Origin: Macrostomum lignano
Lineage: Eukaryota
Assembly (NCBI GenBank): GCA_002269645.1
Contig: NIVC01000494.1
Coordinates: 496,001 to 560,000, forward strand
Length of the DNA stretch: 64,000 nt
Direction of reading: 5' to 3'
Made by a program: the position numbers and the translations under genes. The notes beneath the pieces are model-generated. The model was not told the origin of the DNA. It saw only the letters and a list, made by a program, of their open reading frames with translations, and searched no databases. Below, piece after piece: positions 45,501-59,000 of this stretch. The number at the start of each line of letters is the position of its first letter. Positions within the stretch are counted from its first letter, which is position 1.

Positions 45501-48215
45501 TTGTTTGATAACCGATACTCACACATTCGTCTAATATTTAGAAACTTCAAGGGACTTTTAAGGCAACGAAGGTAAATGCTCTGCTCTTTTAACTAAAGAT
45601 TTTGCGGCACTGAAGTTCATTGTTCATGCTTCATGCTTCGGCTTTGCATACTGCTTGTGGAACAGCAGGTATAAGGCTTGGACAGTCCAGGCGTCAACCC
45701 TTAAATCTGCCTCTCCGCTCTCTCAACCCTTAAATCTGCCTCCCCGCTCTCTCAACCCTTAAATCTGCCTCTCCGCTCTCTCAACCCTTAAATCTGCCTC
45801 CCCGCTCTCTCAACCCTTAAATCTGCCTCCCCGCTCTCTCAACCCTTAAATCTGCCTCTCCGCTCTCTCAAGCCTTAAATCTGCCTCTCCGCTCTCTCAA
45901 CCCGGCTTAAATCTGCCTCTCCGCTCTCTCAACCCTTAAATCTGCCTCTCCGCTCCCTCAACCCTTAAATCTGCCTCTCCGCTCTCCCTCAACCCTTAAA
46001 TCTGCCTCTCCGCTCTCTCAACCCTTAAATCTGCCTCTCCGCTCTCCCTCAACCCTTAAATCTGCCTCTCCGCTCTCTCAACCCTTAAATCTGCCTCTCC
46101 GCTCTCCCTCAACCCTTAAATCTGCCTCTCAGCTCTCTCAACCCTTAAATCTGCCTCTCCGCTCTCTCAACCCTTAAATCTGCCTCTCCGCTCTCCCTCA
46201 AACCTTTAATCTGCCTCTCCGCTCTCCCATAAGCCTGAATATCTAAATGTACTTTGAAAAGCGCTGAAAGACAAAAGAGATTCGTGAAGCTCTCGCTTTT
46301 ATACTATTTTTATCAGTCGCCAGCTCATTTTTCTAGCAAAAAATTGTTCAACATTCTGGCCTGCCACTTCAGCGCTGTGTGTGGCTTGAAAAATTTATTT
46401 TGTGAAAATTTTATCATAAAAAGTTGCCTTAGTTGCTGCTAGATTGCGTACCTATTTTTTTTAAAAGAGGCAAAATTAATTAGCTAGCTAATTAGCATAT
46501 TTACACTGCAGCTGCTTACTCACGCACAGCTAAAAAGCATAAATTAGTTTCAGTTGAAACCTGTATCAAAATACCTGTAACAAAGAGCACGAACATTTTG
46601 TTATTAAATTAACAGGCATGTCATCAAGATGTATTGAAGAATTTAAATTTAACATTCCCCATTTCCAGATTAATAGCGTACGACATTTGTTATACTTTCT
46701 ACTCGTAGTAGCCAACTGTAGATAATATAAAAACTGTTTCAGCTTATGCAGGTCTAGCTAGTGTCGCATTATTCTCTGTTATGTTGTCAGTTGGACTTTA
46801 CCCCCCCCCCCGTATTTTATTCGGAACCGAACTATGAGGAGCATATTTTTCGGTAAAATAATCTACGCGAAAACCTCTTTGTAGTTTAGCCAGCAGTTCT
46901 CTTCAAATTTCTAGTCCATCCAATAGCTAGGCTAAACTTCATTCAATCAGGTAAAGTAAGCCCTATAACTATTAATCACACAATTATTAGTCGTTACTAA
47001 CGCCATAAACAGTTGGATAAAATATTGTCAGCTCAGATCTGAACTCCGAGCCGTCCTCGCACTTGCAGGGAAGTCGAATCCGGCGGCATTCTCGAGTCCG
47101 CGCCTTTGAAAATCGTCGGTCCCAGGGAGCAGAGGTGAGTTTTCTGGCTTCTGTGCATTTTAACAAGCTAATTACACTCTGTTAAATGCTACGCTAAAAG
47201 GTTCGTGGTTCGATTCTCGACCCACCCGGAACAATTTGTGTCCTTGAGCAAGACACTTAACTCTGCATTTTCTTCAGTTCGCTAAATAATTGATTACACC
47301 TGCCCTAATAGGCACGTGTGCAACCGACAGCTCAGCCGCAGCTATTGCGCGGCGCATCTGAAGGCTGCGTACGGCTGTTCAGTCCAAGGACTGGGGGGTC
47401 GCCACACACACCCTCAATTACCCAGCTAATGCTGGCACCCATTTTACAGCTGGGTGAACTGAAGCAATGCAGAGTTAAGTGTCTTTATCAAGGACACAAA
47501 TTGTTCCAGTGGGATCGGGAATCGAACCCCGACCTTCAAGTAGTGAGTCCTACGCTCTACGAGTATAACCACTAGGCTGCAACCCCCAGCTGTAAAATGT
47601 ATTCAGTTCACTCAGCTGTAAAATGGGTGCCAGCATTAGCTGGGGTAATTGAGGGTGTGCGTGGCGACCCCCCAGTCCTTGGACTGAACAGCCGTACGCA
47701 GCCTTCAGATGCGCCGCGCCATAGCTGCGGCTGAGCTGTCGGTTGCACATCTGCCTATTTGGGAATGAAATAATTTATATAGCTTCAATTGTATCGACAG
47801 GCCCTTAATACTCTGAATACCCTACTTTGACCTAATCAATTATTCAAAAAACTTTGCCAGGTTCGTCAGCGTCCTGTTCCGCTTCCTGATCTTCGAGCAG
47901 CAGACCAATCATCCCGGACACTTCGAGCAGGTCGTGCCGCTAGAGACTCACGGCCACACTCTGGTGGAGTTCATTCGTAAGCGAACGAAACTGGCTAGCA
48001 AAGATTTTGTACTGTTCTTTGACAATGCCAAGACCAACCAGTTGGACGAGTACAAGACACTGGAGGACCACGGCATCCACGGCGGTCCGGAGCACGCGCC
48101 CAAGCAGACTCTGGTCTTCTACGACTTTCGAGTTGACTTTGAAAGCTGCCCAGTGCTGATGTCCGACTATTATTTTGTGGAGAAGGCGCTTAAAGAAACC
48201 ACCTTGATTGATTGA
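42567..48215 (+). CDS. EF-hand pair protein with an uncharacterised C-terminal domain; exons 42567-42644, 43637-43808, 44027-44150, 45542-45571, 47069-47134, 47861-48215 (274 aa)
   Basis: EF loops DRDGNGTLDYDE and DADGNGDIDYDE. GT-AG introns with consistent phases (0,1,2,2,2) give an 825-nt open frame. The two small exons (30 and 66 nt) are less certain. Confidence 0.8.
44515..45295. repeat. G-rich ~56-61 bp minisatellite in EF-hand gene intron 3
   Basis: Unit GTGAGGGGTAGGAAAGTGGGGTTTCTGGGGGGACAGCATGGTGTGAGGAGGCTGCTGCT; gives Pro/His-rich - strand ORFs. Confidence 0.95.
45697..46227. repeat. 29-31 bp minisatellite (TCAACCCTTAAATCTGCCTCTCCGCTCTC) in EF-hand gene intron 4
   Basis: About 18 tandem copies. 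Confidence 0.95.
47190..47757. mobile_element. Nested SINEs: + copy (47190-47280 and 47587-47757) interrupted by a full-length - copy (47284-47586)
   Basis: The + copy breaks at CTCTGCATTTTCTTCAGTTC and resumes at TTCAGTTCACTCAGCTGTAAAATGGG. The intervening - copy has a tRNA-like head and tail. Confidence 0.85.
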
Positions 48216-48351
48216 GTCAGTGTAGACTGCACTGGAATGTAAATATTTGCTCTGCTATCAAAAATGTACACACAGGAAGAATCTAACTAAATGCGATACA
48301 ATTAGTGTTTGTCCTCGTATATTTGTAAATTTTTTGTCTCACTAGAATCGG

Positions 48352-51300
48352 TGCTGACAATTAGCCTCAAACTACACCTGAGACTGGCCTATCAGATTGG
48401 AAACTGATAATTAGCCTCAAATTACACCTGCGACTGGCTCTATCAGATTGGAAACTGATAATTAGCCTCAAATTACACCTGAGACTGACTCTATTAGATT
48501 GGAAACTGATAATTAGCCTCAAATTACACCTGAGACTGGCTCTATCAGATTGGAAACTGATAATTAGCCTCAAACTACACCTGAGACTGGCTCTATCAGA
48601 TTGGAAACTGATAATTAGCCTCAAATTACACCTGAGCTGGCTCTATTAGATTGGAAACTGATAATTAGCCTCAAATTACACCTGAGACTGGCTCTATCAG
48701 ATTGGAAACTGATAATTAGCCTCAAACTACACCTGAGACTGGCTCTATCAGATTGGAAACTGATAATTAGCCTCAAATTACACCTGCGACTGGCTCTATC
48801 AGATTGGAAACTGATAATTAGCCTCAAATTACACCTGAGACTGACTCTATCAGATTGGAAACTGATAATTAGCCTCAAATTACACCTGAGACTGGCTCTA
48901 TCAGATTGGAAACTGACAATTAGCCTCAAGTAAACACCTAAGACTGGCTCTATCAGATTGGAAACTGATAATTAGCCTCAAATTACACCTGAGACTGGCT
49001 CTATCAGATTGGAAACTGATAATTAGCCTCAAGTAAACACCTAAGACTGGCTCTATCAGATTGGAAACTGATAATTAGCCTCAAGTAAACACCTAAGACT
49101 GGCTCTATCAGATTGGAAACTGATAATTAGCCTCAAGTTAACACCTGAGACTGGCTCTATCAGATTGGAAACTGATAATTAGCCTCAAACTAAACCTGAG
49201 ACTGACTCTATCAGATTGGAAACTGATAATTAGCCTCAAACTACACCTGAGCTGGCTCTATCAGATTGGAAACTGATAATTAGCCTCAAGTTAACACCTG
49301 AGACTGGCTCTATCAGATTGGAAACTGATAATTAGCCTCAAGTTAACACCTGAGACTGGCTCAATCAGATTGGAAACTGATAATTAGCCTCAAGTTAACA
49401 CCTGAGACTGGCTCTATCAGATTGGAAACTGATAATTAGCCTCAAACTAAACCTGAGACTGACTCTATCAGATTGGAAACTGATAATTAGCCTCAAACTA
49501 AACCTGAGACTGACTCTATCAGATTGGAAACTGATAATTAGCCTCAAACTAAACCTGAGACTGACTCTATCAGATTGGAAACTGATAATTAGCCTCAAAC
49601 TACACCTGAGCTGGCTCTATCAGATGGGAAACTGATAATTACCATCAATTTAACACCTGAGACTGGCTCTATCAGATGGGAAACTGATAATTACCATCAA
49701 TTTAACACCTGAGACTGGCTCTATCAGATGGGAAACTGATAATTACCATCAATTTAACACCTGAGACTGGCTCTATCAGATGGGAAACTGATAATTACCA
49801 TCAATTTAACACCTGAGACTGGCTCTATCAGATGGGAAACTGATAATTACCATCAATTTAACACCTGAGACTGGCTCTATCAGATTGGAAACTGATAATT
49901 ACCATCAATTTAACACCTGAGACTGGCTCTATCAGATTGGAAACTGATAATTACCATCAATTTAACACCTGAGACTGGCTCTATCAGATGGGAAACTGAT
50001 AATTACCATCAATTTAACACCTGAGACTGGCTCTATCAGATGGGAAACTGATAATTACCATCAATTTAACACCTGAGACTGGCTCTATCAGATGGGAAAC
50101 TGATAATTACCATCAATTTAACACCTGAGACTGGCTCTATCAGATGGGAAACTGATAATTACCATCAATTTAACACCTGAGACTGGCTCTATCAGATTGG
50201 AAACTGATAATTACCATCAATTTAACACCTGAGACTGGCTCTATCAGATTGGAAACTGATAATTACCATCAATTTAACACCTGAGACTGGCTCTATCAGA
50301 TGGGAAACTGATAATTACCATCAATTTAACACCTGAGACTGGCTCTATCAGATGGGAAACTGATAATTACCATCAATTTAACACCTGAGACTGGCTCTAT
50401 CAGATGGGAAACTGATAATTACCATCAATTTAACACCTGAGACTGGCTCTATCAGATGGGAAACTGATAATTACCATCAATTTAACACCTGAGACTGGCT
50501 CTATCAGATGGGAAACTGATAATTACCATCAATTTAACACCTGAGACTGGCTCTATCAGATTGGAAACTGATAATTAGCCTCAAACTACACCTGAGCTGG
50601 CTCTATCAGATGGGAAACTGATAATTACCATCAATTTAACACCTGAGACTGGCTCTATCAGATTGGAAACTGATAATTACCATCAATTTAACACCTGAGA
50701 CTGGCTCTATCAGATTGGAAACTGATAATTACCATCAATTTAACACCTGAGACTGGCTCTATCAGATTGGAAACTGATAATTACCATCAATTTAACACCT
50801 GAGACTGGCTCTATCAGATTGGAAACTGATAATTACCATCAATTTAACACCTGAGACTGGCTCTATCAGATGGGAAACTGATAATTACCATCAATTTAAC
50901 ACCTGAGACTGGCTCTATCAGATGGGAAACTGATAATTACCATCAATTTAACACCTGAGACTGGCTCCATCAGATGGGAAACTGATAATTACCATCAATT
51001 TAACACCTGAGACTGGCTCTATCAGATGGGAAACTGATAATTACCATCAATTTAACACCTGAGACTGGCTCTATCAGATTGGAAACTGATAATTACCATC
51101 AATTTAACACCTGAGACTGGCTCTATCAGATGGGAAACTGATAATTACCATCAATTTAACACCTGAGACTGGCTCTATCAGATGGGAAACTGATAATTAC
51201 CATCAATTTAACACCTGAGACTGGCTCTATCAGATGGGAAACTGATAATTACCATCAATTTAACACCTGAGACTGGCTCTATCAGATGGGAAACTGATAA

Positions 51301-54300
51301 TTACCATCAATTTAACACCTGAGACTGGCTCTATCAGATGGGAAACTGATAATTACCATCAATTTAACACCTGAGACTGGCTCTATCAGATTGGAAACTG
51401 ATAATTACCATCAATTTAACACCTGAGACTGGCTCTATCAGATTGGAAACTGATAATTACCATCAATTTAACACCTGAGACTGGCTCTATCAGATGGGAA
51501 ACTGATAATTACCATCAATTTAACACCTGAGACTGGCTCTATCAGATGGGAAACTGATAATTACCATCAATTTAACACCTGAGACTGGCTCTATCAGATG
51601 GGAAACTGATAATTACCATCAATTTAACACCTGAGACTGGCTCTATCAGATTGGAAACTGATAATTAGCCTCAAGGTAACTCCTGAGACTGGCTCTATCA
51701 GATGGGAAACTGATAATTACCATCAATTTAACACCTGAGACTGGCTCTATCAGATTGGAAACTGATAATTACCATCAATTTAACACCTGAGACTGGCTCT
51801 ATCAGATGGGAAACTGATAATTACCATCAATTTAACACCTGAGACTGGCTCTATCAGATGGGAAACTGATAATTACCATCAATTTAACACCTGAGACTGG
51901 CTCTATCAGATTGGAAACTGATAATTACCATCAATTTAACACCTGAGACTGGCTCTATCAGATTGGAAACTGATAATTACCATCAATTTAACACCTGAGA
52001 CTGGCTCTATCAGATTGGAAACTGATAATTACCATCAATTTAACACCTGAGACTGGCTCTATCAGATTGGAAACTGATAATTACCATCAATTTAACACCT
52101 GAGACTGGCTCTATCAGATGGGAAACTGATAATTACCATCAATTTAACACCTGAGACTGGCTCTATCAGATTGGAAACTGATAATTACCATCAATTTAAC
52201 ACCTGAGACTGGCTCTATCAGATGGGAAACTGATAATTACCATCAATTTAACACCTGAGACTGGCTCTATCAGATTGGAAACTGATAATTACCATCAATT
52301 TAACACCTGAGACTGGCTCTATCAGATGGGAAACTGATAATTACCATCAATTTAACACCTGAGACTGGCTCTATCAGATGGGAAACTGATAATTACCATC
52401 AATTTAACACCTGAGACTGGCTCCATCAGATGGGAAACTGATAATTACCATCAATTTAACACCTGAGACTGGCTCTATCAGATTGGAAACTGATAATTAC
52501 CATCAATTTAACACCTGAGACTGGCTCTATCAGATTGGAAACTGATAATTACCATCAATTTAACACCTGAGACTGGCTCTATCAGATGGGAAACTGATAA
52601 TTACCATCAATTTAACACCTGAGACTGGCTCTATCAGATGGGAAACTGATAATTACCATCAATTTAACACCTGAGACTGGCTCTATCAGATGGGAAACTG
52701 ATAATTACCATCAATTTAACACCTGAGACTGGCTCCATCAGATGGGAAACTGATAATTACCATCAATTTAACACCTGAGACTGGCTCTATCAGATTGGAA
52801 ACTGATAATTACCATCAATTTAACACCTGAGACTGGCTCTATCAGATTGGAAACTGATAATTACCATCAATTTAACACCTGAGACTGGCTCTATCAGATG
52901 GGAAACTGATAATTACCATCAATTTAACACCTGAGACTGGCTCTATCAGATGGGAAACTGATAATTACCATCAATTTAACACCTGAGACTGGCTCTATCA
53001 GATGGGAAACTGATAATTACCATCAATTTAACACCTGAGACTGGCTCTATCAGATTGGAAACTGATAATTACCATCAATTTAACACCTGAGACTGGCTCT
53101 ATCAGATTGGAAACTGATAATTACCATCAATTTAACACCTGAGACTGGCTCTATCAGATGGGAAACTGATAATTACCATCAATTTAACACCTGAGACTGG
53201 CTCTATCAGATTGGAAACTGATAATTACCATCAATTTAACACCTGAGACTGGCTCTATCAGATGGGAAACTGATAATTACCATCAATTTAACACCTGAGA
53301 CTGGCTCTATCAGATTGGAAACTGATAATTACCATCAATTTAACACCTGAGACTGGCTCTATCAGATGGGAAACTGATAATTACCATCAATTTAACACCT
53401 GAGACTGGCTCTATCAGATGGGAAACTGATAATTACCATCAATTTAACACCTGAGACTGGCTCTATCAGATGGGAAACTGATAATTACCATCAATTTAAC
53501 ACCTGAGACTGGCTCTATCAGATTGGAAACTGATAATTACCATCAATTTAACACCTGAGACTGGCTCTATCAGATTGGAAACTGATAATTACCATCAATT
53601 TAACACCTGAGACTGGCTCTATCAGATGGGAAACTGATAATTACCATCAATTTAACACCTGAGACTGGCTCTATCAGATGGGAAACTGATAATTACCATC
53701 AATTTAACACCTGAGACTGGCTCTATCAGATGGGAAACTGATAATTACCATCAATTTAACACCTGAGACTGGCTCCATCAGATGGGAAACTGATAATTAC
53801 CATCAATTTAACACCTGAGACTGGCTCTATCAGATTGGAAACTGATAATTACCATCAATTTAACACCTGAGACTGGCTCTATCAGATTGGAAACTGATAA
53901 TTACCATCAATTTAACACCTGAGACTGGCTCTATCAGATGGGAAACTGATAATTACCATCAATTTAACACCTGAGACTGGCTCTATCAGATGGGAAACTG
54001 ATAATTACCATCAATTTAACACCTGAGACTGGCTCTATCAGATTGGAAACTGATAATTACCATCAATTTAACACCTGAGACTGGCTCTATCAGATGGGAA
54101 ACTGATAATTACCATCAATTTAACACCTGAGACTGGCTCTATCAGATTGGAAACTGATAATTACCATCAATTTAACACCTGAGACTGGCTCTATCAGATG
54201 GGAAACTGATAATTACCATCAATTTAACACCTGAGACTGGCTCTATCAGATGGGAAACTGATAATTACCATCAATTTAACACCTGAGACTGGCTCTATCA

Positions 54301-55455
54301 GATGGGAAACTGATAATTACCATCAATTTAACACCTGAGACTGGCTCTATCAGATGGGAAACTGATAATTACCATCAATTTAACACCTGAGACTGGCTCT
54401 ATCAGATGGGAAACTGATAATTACCATCAATTTAACACCTGAGACTGGCTCTATCAGATGGGAAACTGATAATTACCATCAATTTAACACCTGAGACTGG
54501 CTCTATCAGATTGGAAACTGATAATTACCATCAATTTAACACCTGAGACTGGCTCTATCAGATGGGAAACTGATAATTACCATCAATTTAACACCTGAGA
54601 CTGGCTCTATCAGATGGGAAACTGATAATTACCATCAATTTAACACCTGAGACTGGCTCTATCAGATGGGAAACTGATAATTACCATCAATTTAACACCT
54701 GAGACTGGCTCTATCAGATGGGAAACTGATAATTACCATCAATTTAACACCTGAGACTGGCTCTATCAGATTGGAAACTGATAATTAGCCTCAAGGTAAC
54801 TCCTGAGACTGGCTCTATCAGATTGGAAACTGATAATTAGCCTCAAGGTAACTCCTGAGACTTGCTCTATCAGAATCGAAACTGATAATTAGCCTCAAGG
54901 TAACTCCTGAGACTTGCTCTATCAGAATCGAAACTGATAATTAGCCTCAAGTTAATTCCTGAGACTTGCTCTATCAGAATCGAAACTGATAATTAGCCTC
55001 AAGTAAACAGCTGAGACTGGCTCTATCAGATGGGAAACTGATAATTACCATCAATTTAACACCTGAGACTGGCTCTATCAGATTGGAAACTGATAATTAG
55101 CCTCAAGGTAACTCCTGAGACTGGCTCTATCAGATTGGAAACTGATAATTAGCCTCAAGGTAACTCCTGAGACTTGCTCTATCAGAATCGAAACTGATAA
55201 TTAGCCTCAAGGTAACTCCTGAGACTTGCTCTATCAGAATCGAAACTGATAATTAGCCTCAAGTTAATTCCTGAGACTTGCTCTATCAGAATCGAAACTG
55301 ATAATTAGCCTCAAGTTAATTCCTGAGAATGACTCTATCAGATTGGAAACTGATAATTAGCCTCAAGTAACTCCTGAGACTGGCTCTATCAGATTGGAAA
55401 CTGATAATTAGCCTCAAGTTAACACCTGAGATTGGCTCCATCAGATTGGAAACTG
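48352..55455. repeat. 7.1-kb satellite: 52-bp core unit with 51-bp flanking variants
   Basis: Core unit CTGAGACTGGCTCTATCAGAT(G/T)GGAAACTGATAATTACCATCAATTTAACAC at about 49640-54780. Flanking units carry TAGCCTCAA in place of TACCATCAAT. Confidence 0.98.
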
Positions 55456-56004
55456 ATACTTAGGCACAAACTAATTATGTTCTCAATAAGAAAATGCCCC
55501 ACAAAGATTGTTGTTAAAAAGCATTGTAAAAAATACAAAGGCCATTTTCAATACAGATTTTGTCGATGCCTTGGGTTGAAAAGAAGTTATAATCTGGCGC
55601 AAATCTTAACCCTTAGAAAAAATTATTAATCATAATTTATTTTATTTTTTTCACGACAAAAATATCCACTCTTGTCTATGAATTCTTTATCTTTTTACCT
55701 TTCACAATCGATAAAGTGTATCAGTTATTGAGTAATTACCGCGGCGTATAAAGTTTTAGCGGAGGGTGGATTTCAGCAACCTTAACCGGGACCTGGCAAC
55801 CAAGTTAGACATTGATTATCTAAGCTACTATGAGTAAGTAGTGCATTAGGATTGAGAAATATGTTAACTACTGTTAGCAGGTTTCTGTAGTTCCATTTTT
55901 AGTAAACTGTTTCTCCATTATACGGTAACTTGTGCAGCATTCGGTCAGTGACTCAGTACCACGTTGAGTAGTTTGAGCAATGAGCTCATTCGGAGTCAGA
56001 TGAC

Positions 56005-59000
56005 TCATCCAGTCACGTAGCGACTTTTCTTCTGACAGCTGCAGGACACGTTCACGTCGAGCTGAGGAAGGAAATCATTTTTGTTTGAATGTACTATTGT
56101 CTTCTTTGTAAAAATAGGTATGCTGGAGTCCTTAATTTCATTTTCCATAAAAATTAAATATATTTAATTTTTAATTTTTAATGTTGAAACCATTAACTAA
56201 CACAACTGTATTTACTGAAATGCAGCTAAACTACGCTCGCAAATATACAGGTAAGCTCTCTTTAAGGACATTTCCTTTCTACCTGTCCTCTGTTTAATTA
56301 AATTATCCTAAGAAATCAAATAGAAATGCCTGACTTTACTGAAAAATCATGGAATTGTTTTAGAAGCACGATAATTACACCTGTAATTACCGTTATCCGA
56401 GTTCACCAGCTGAGTAATAAAAATGGTACATAAATAATGGCTTCACCTGAGAGGCGAGCCTTATCAGATCGATATCAAATCATGACCAATCATAAACTCA
56501 CAATTCCCACCCAATACCCAATTTATTGATATCATCGAAATTCAGCAAGCCACCTGTTAATTAGCTTACTATAAATAGAAAAGTGTCTATCGCTTGGATA
56601 TAATAATAATTGATTTCACCTGCCCTAATGGCCAGATGTGCAACCGACAGCTCAGCCGCAGCTATTGCGCGGCGCATCTGAAGGCTGCGTCCCCGAAGGA
56701 CTGGGGGGTCGTCACACACACCCTCAATTACCCCAGCTAATGCTGGCACCCATTTTACAGCTGGGTGAACTGAAGCAATGCAGAGTTAAGTGTCTTTCCC
56801 AGGGACACAAATTGGTCCGAGTGGGTCGAAAATCGAACCCCCGACATTTCAGTAGTGAGTCCGACGCTATACCCACTAGGCTACAACCTCTTCCAACTGG
56901 ATAATTAGTCGAAAACTAAAAGTATGCATTAGACTTGCATTATCAGACCGGTTTGCCACTCGCATGTGGCCTCATTATATTACCACCTATCAATTAACTA
57001 CTTTAAAAGTACACACCTAAGGGCTATATAATGTGTGCGAAATAGATCGAGCGCAACTCACCGCCCGGATCACCATCGACTTGTCGGGGCAGCGGTACCG
57101 AGCCGTCATTGTCCGGGTGTGCAGCGGCACGCAGCAGGTGTCGGTGCTGTTACCGCAGCCGCCGTCGCACCTGTGCATTGGCAGCAGGTCCTGAGACTCG
57201 CAGCCGTCCGGGAATTTGTACCGCTGGAAATTGTACACTAGCGAGCAGTGGGTTGGCACCTTCGGCGGCACCTGGCCGCAGGCGCCCCGATGGTAGACCA
57301 GGTAGGTTGAGTTCTTCTCGCAAGCGCTGCGCTCCAGCTCGCACAGGTTCTTGTACGTGTCGGTTTTGTTGCCAACGACGCCGCAGACGGCCGAATCGCC
57401 GCGCCCGTCACAGTCAGGACAGCGGCAGACTGCGGTGCCGTTCACCTCCACGCAGATGTGGCTGTTCGGGCAGATCTTGCTGCGGCACGGCCCGTCAGGA
57501 CACGGGCCCGAGTAGCAGTCTGCGTAAGCCGTGAGCTCGTACGGGCAGTTGCCGTTGAACTGAGCCTCGCGCAGCATTGTCCGGGTGCGCACCTGGAAAC
57601 CGAGGCCGCAGGTGCGGGAACAGCCGCCCCATTGGCTCCATTCGCTGACCTTGCAGGCTGGGAGAGTGTGTGGGTGAAACTGAGTTAGTTATTGTTCATT
57701 TATCGTCTATTTACAAATTGGTAGCAGCTTTTCTCGATATAGTATCTCTAAATATCCGTGTTGCTAGGGTGGTTTTTACGCCACAGGGGTAATTTGTGCG
57801 TAGCTAATGGTGAAATTTCTGGTTGCTAGGGTAATCAATGCGTTGCTAGGGCGGTTTCTACGCTAATGGGGTAATTTGTGCGTAGCTAATGGTGAAATTT
57901 CTGGTTGCTGGGGTAATCAATGCGTTGCTAGGGCGGTTTCTACGCTAATGGGGTAATTTGTGCGTAGCTAATGGTGAAATTTCTGGTTGCTAGGGTAATT
58001 AATGCGTTGCTAAGGTAACTAACGCGTTCCTGGGTGGTAAGTGTGCCTTTAGATTAAATAGATTAAATTTGCTGCTATGACAAATATATGATAGATTTGC
58101 CAGGAAAATTAGTGTTTCTAGTGTAATAACTATACGCTTCTGAATAAAAATCTTTGTTGCTACGGGAATAACTGCAAGCAGTGCTGTTTATTGTTAACTA
58201 ATGATTTCACTCACTAATTGGCTGTCGGCACACGGTCATATTGGATAGAGACACGCTGTCCTTCCAGTAGCACTTGTACTTGATGTAGTCGCACCTGTTG
58301 TTGAACTGCACCAGATCCATGGTGCACACCGGACCGGAGTTTCTGTCGGCGTCTGTGCACGGCCGGCACTTGCAGATTGGCTTGTTCAGGTCCGGATCCG
58401 TCACGCAGATGTGCGACTCTGGGCACTCAATCTTGTTGCACTTGTCTGAGGGTAAATTAATGGCAAACTATTGCTTAGTAAGTTGACATCACCCGTAAGT
58501 AGGTGTCCCCAGCCTTGCCTCCAACTGTTCTGAAACTTACCTGTTAATAACCTCAATTGTCTTCAACTTACCTGTAATCAACCTCACCTGTACTCACCCT
58601 CACCTGTACTTAACCTCACCTGTAATCAACCTCACCTGTACTTAACCTCACCTGTACTTAACCTCACCAGTATTCAACCCTCACCTGTAATCAACCTCAC
58701 CTGTACTTAACCTCACCTGTACTTAACCTCACCTGTACTTAACCTCACCTGTATTCAACCTCACCTGTACTCAATCTCACCTGTACTCAACCTCACCTGT
58801 ACTTAACCTCACCAGTATTCAACCCTCACCTGTACTTTACCTCACCTGTACTCAACTTCACCTGTACTCAATCTCACCTGTACTTAATCTTACCTGCTCT
58901 AAAACTGAACATATCCTCAATATTACGTCCCCAAACCTACCTACCGTTAACCTCATTTGTCCTCAAAATGCACACATGTCCTCAACCTCACCTCAAAAGA

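Noticed and set aside
48352-55455. CRISPR-like regular array with a palindromic unit
   Set aside because: There are no unique spacers and no cas genes, and the context is eukaryotic; it is a satellite.
57017-57061. ORF-track C-terminus [14 protein letters not shown] of the CT-knot gene
   Set aside because: It reads through a GTGAGT donor and leaves the knot incomplete; exon 56061-56005 supplies the missing CSC.
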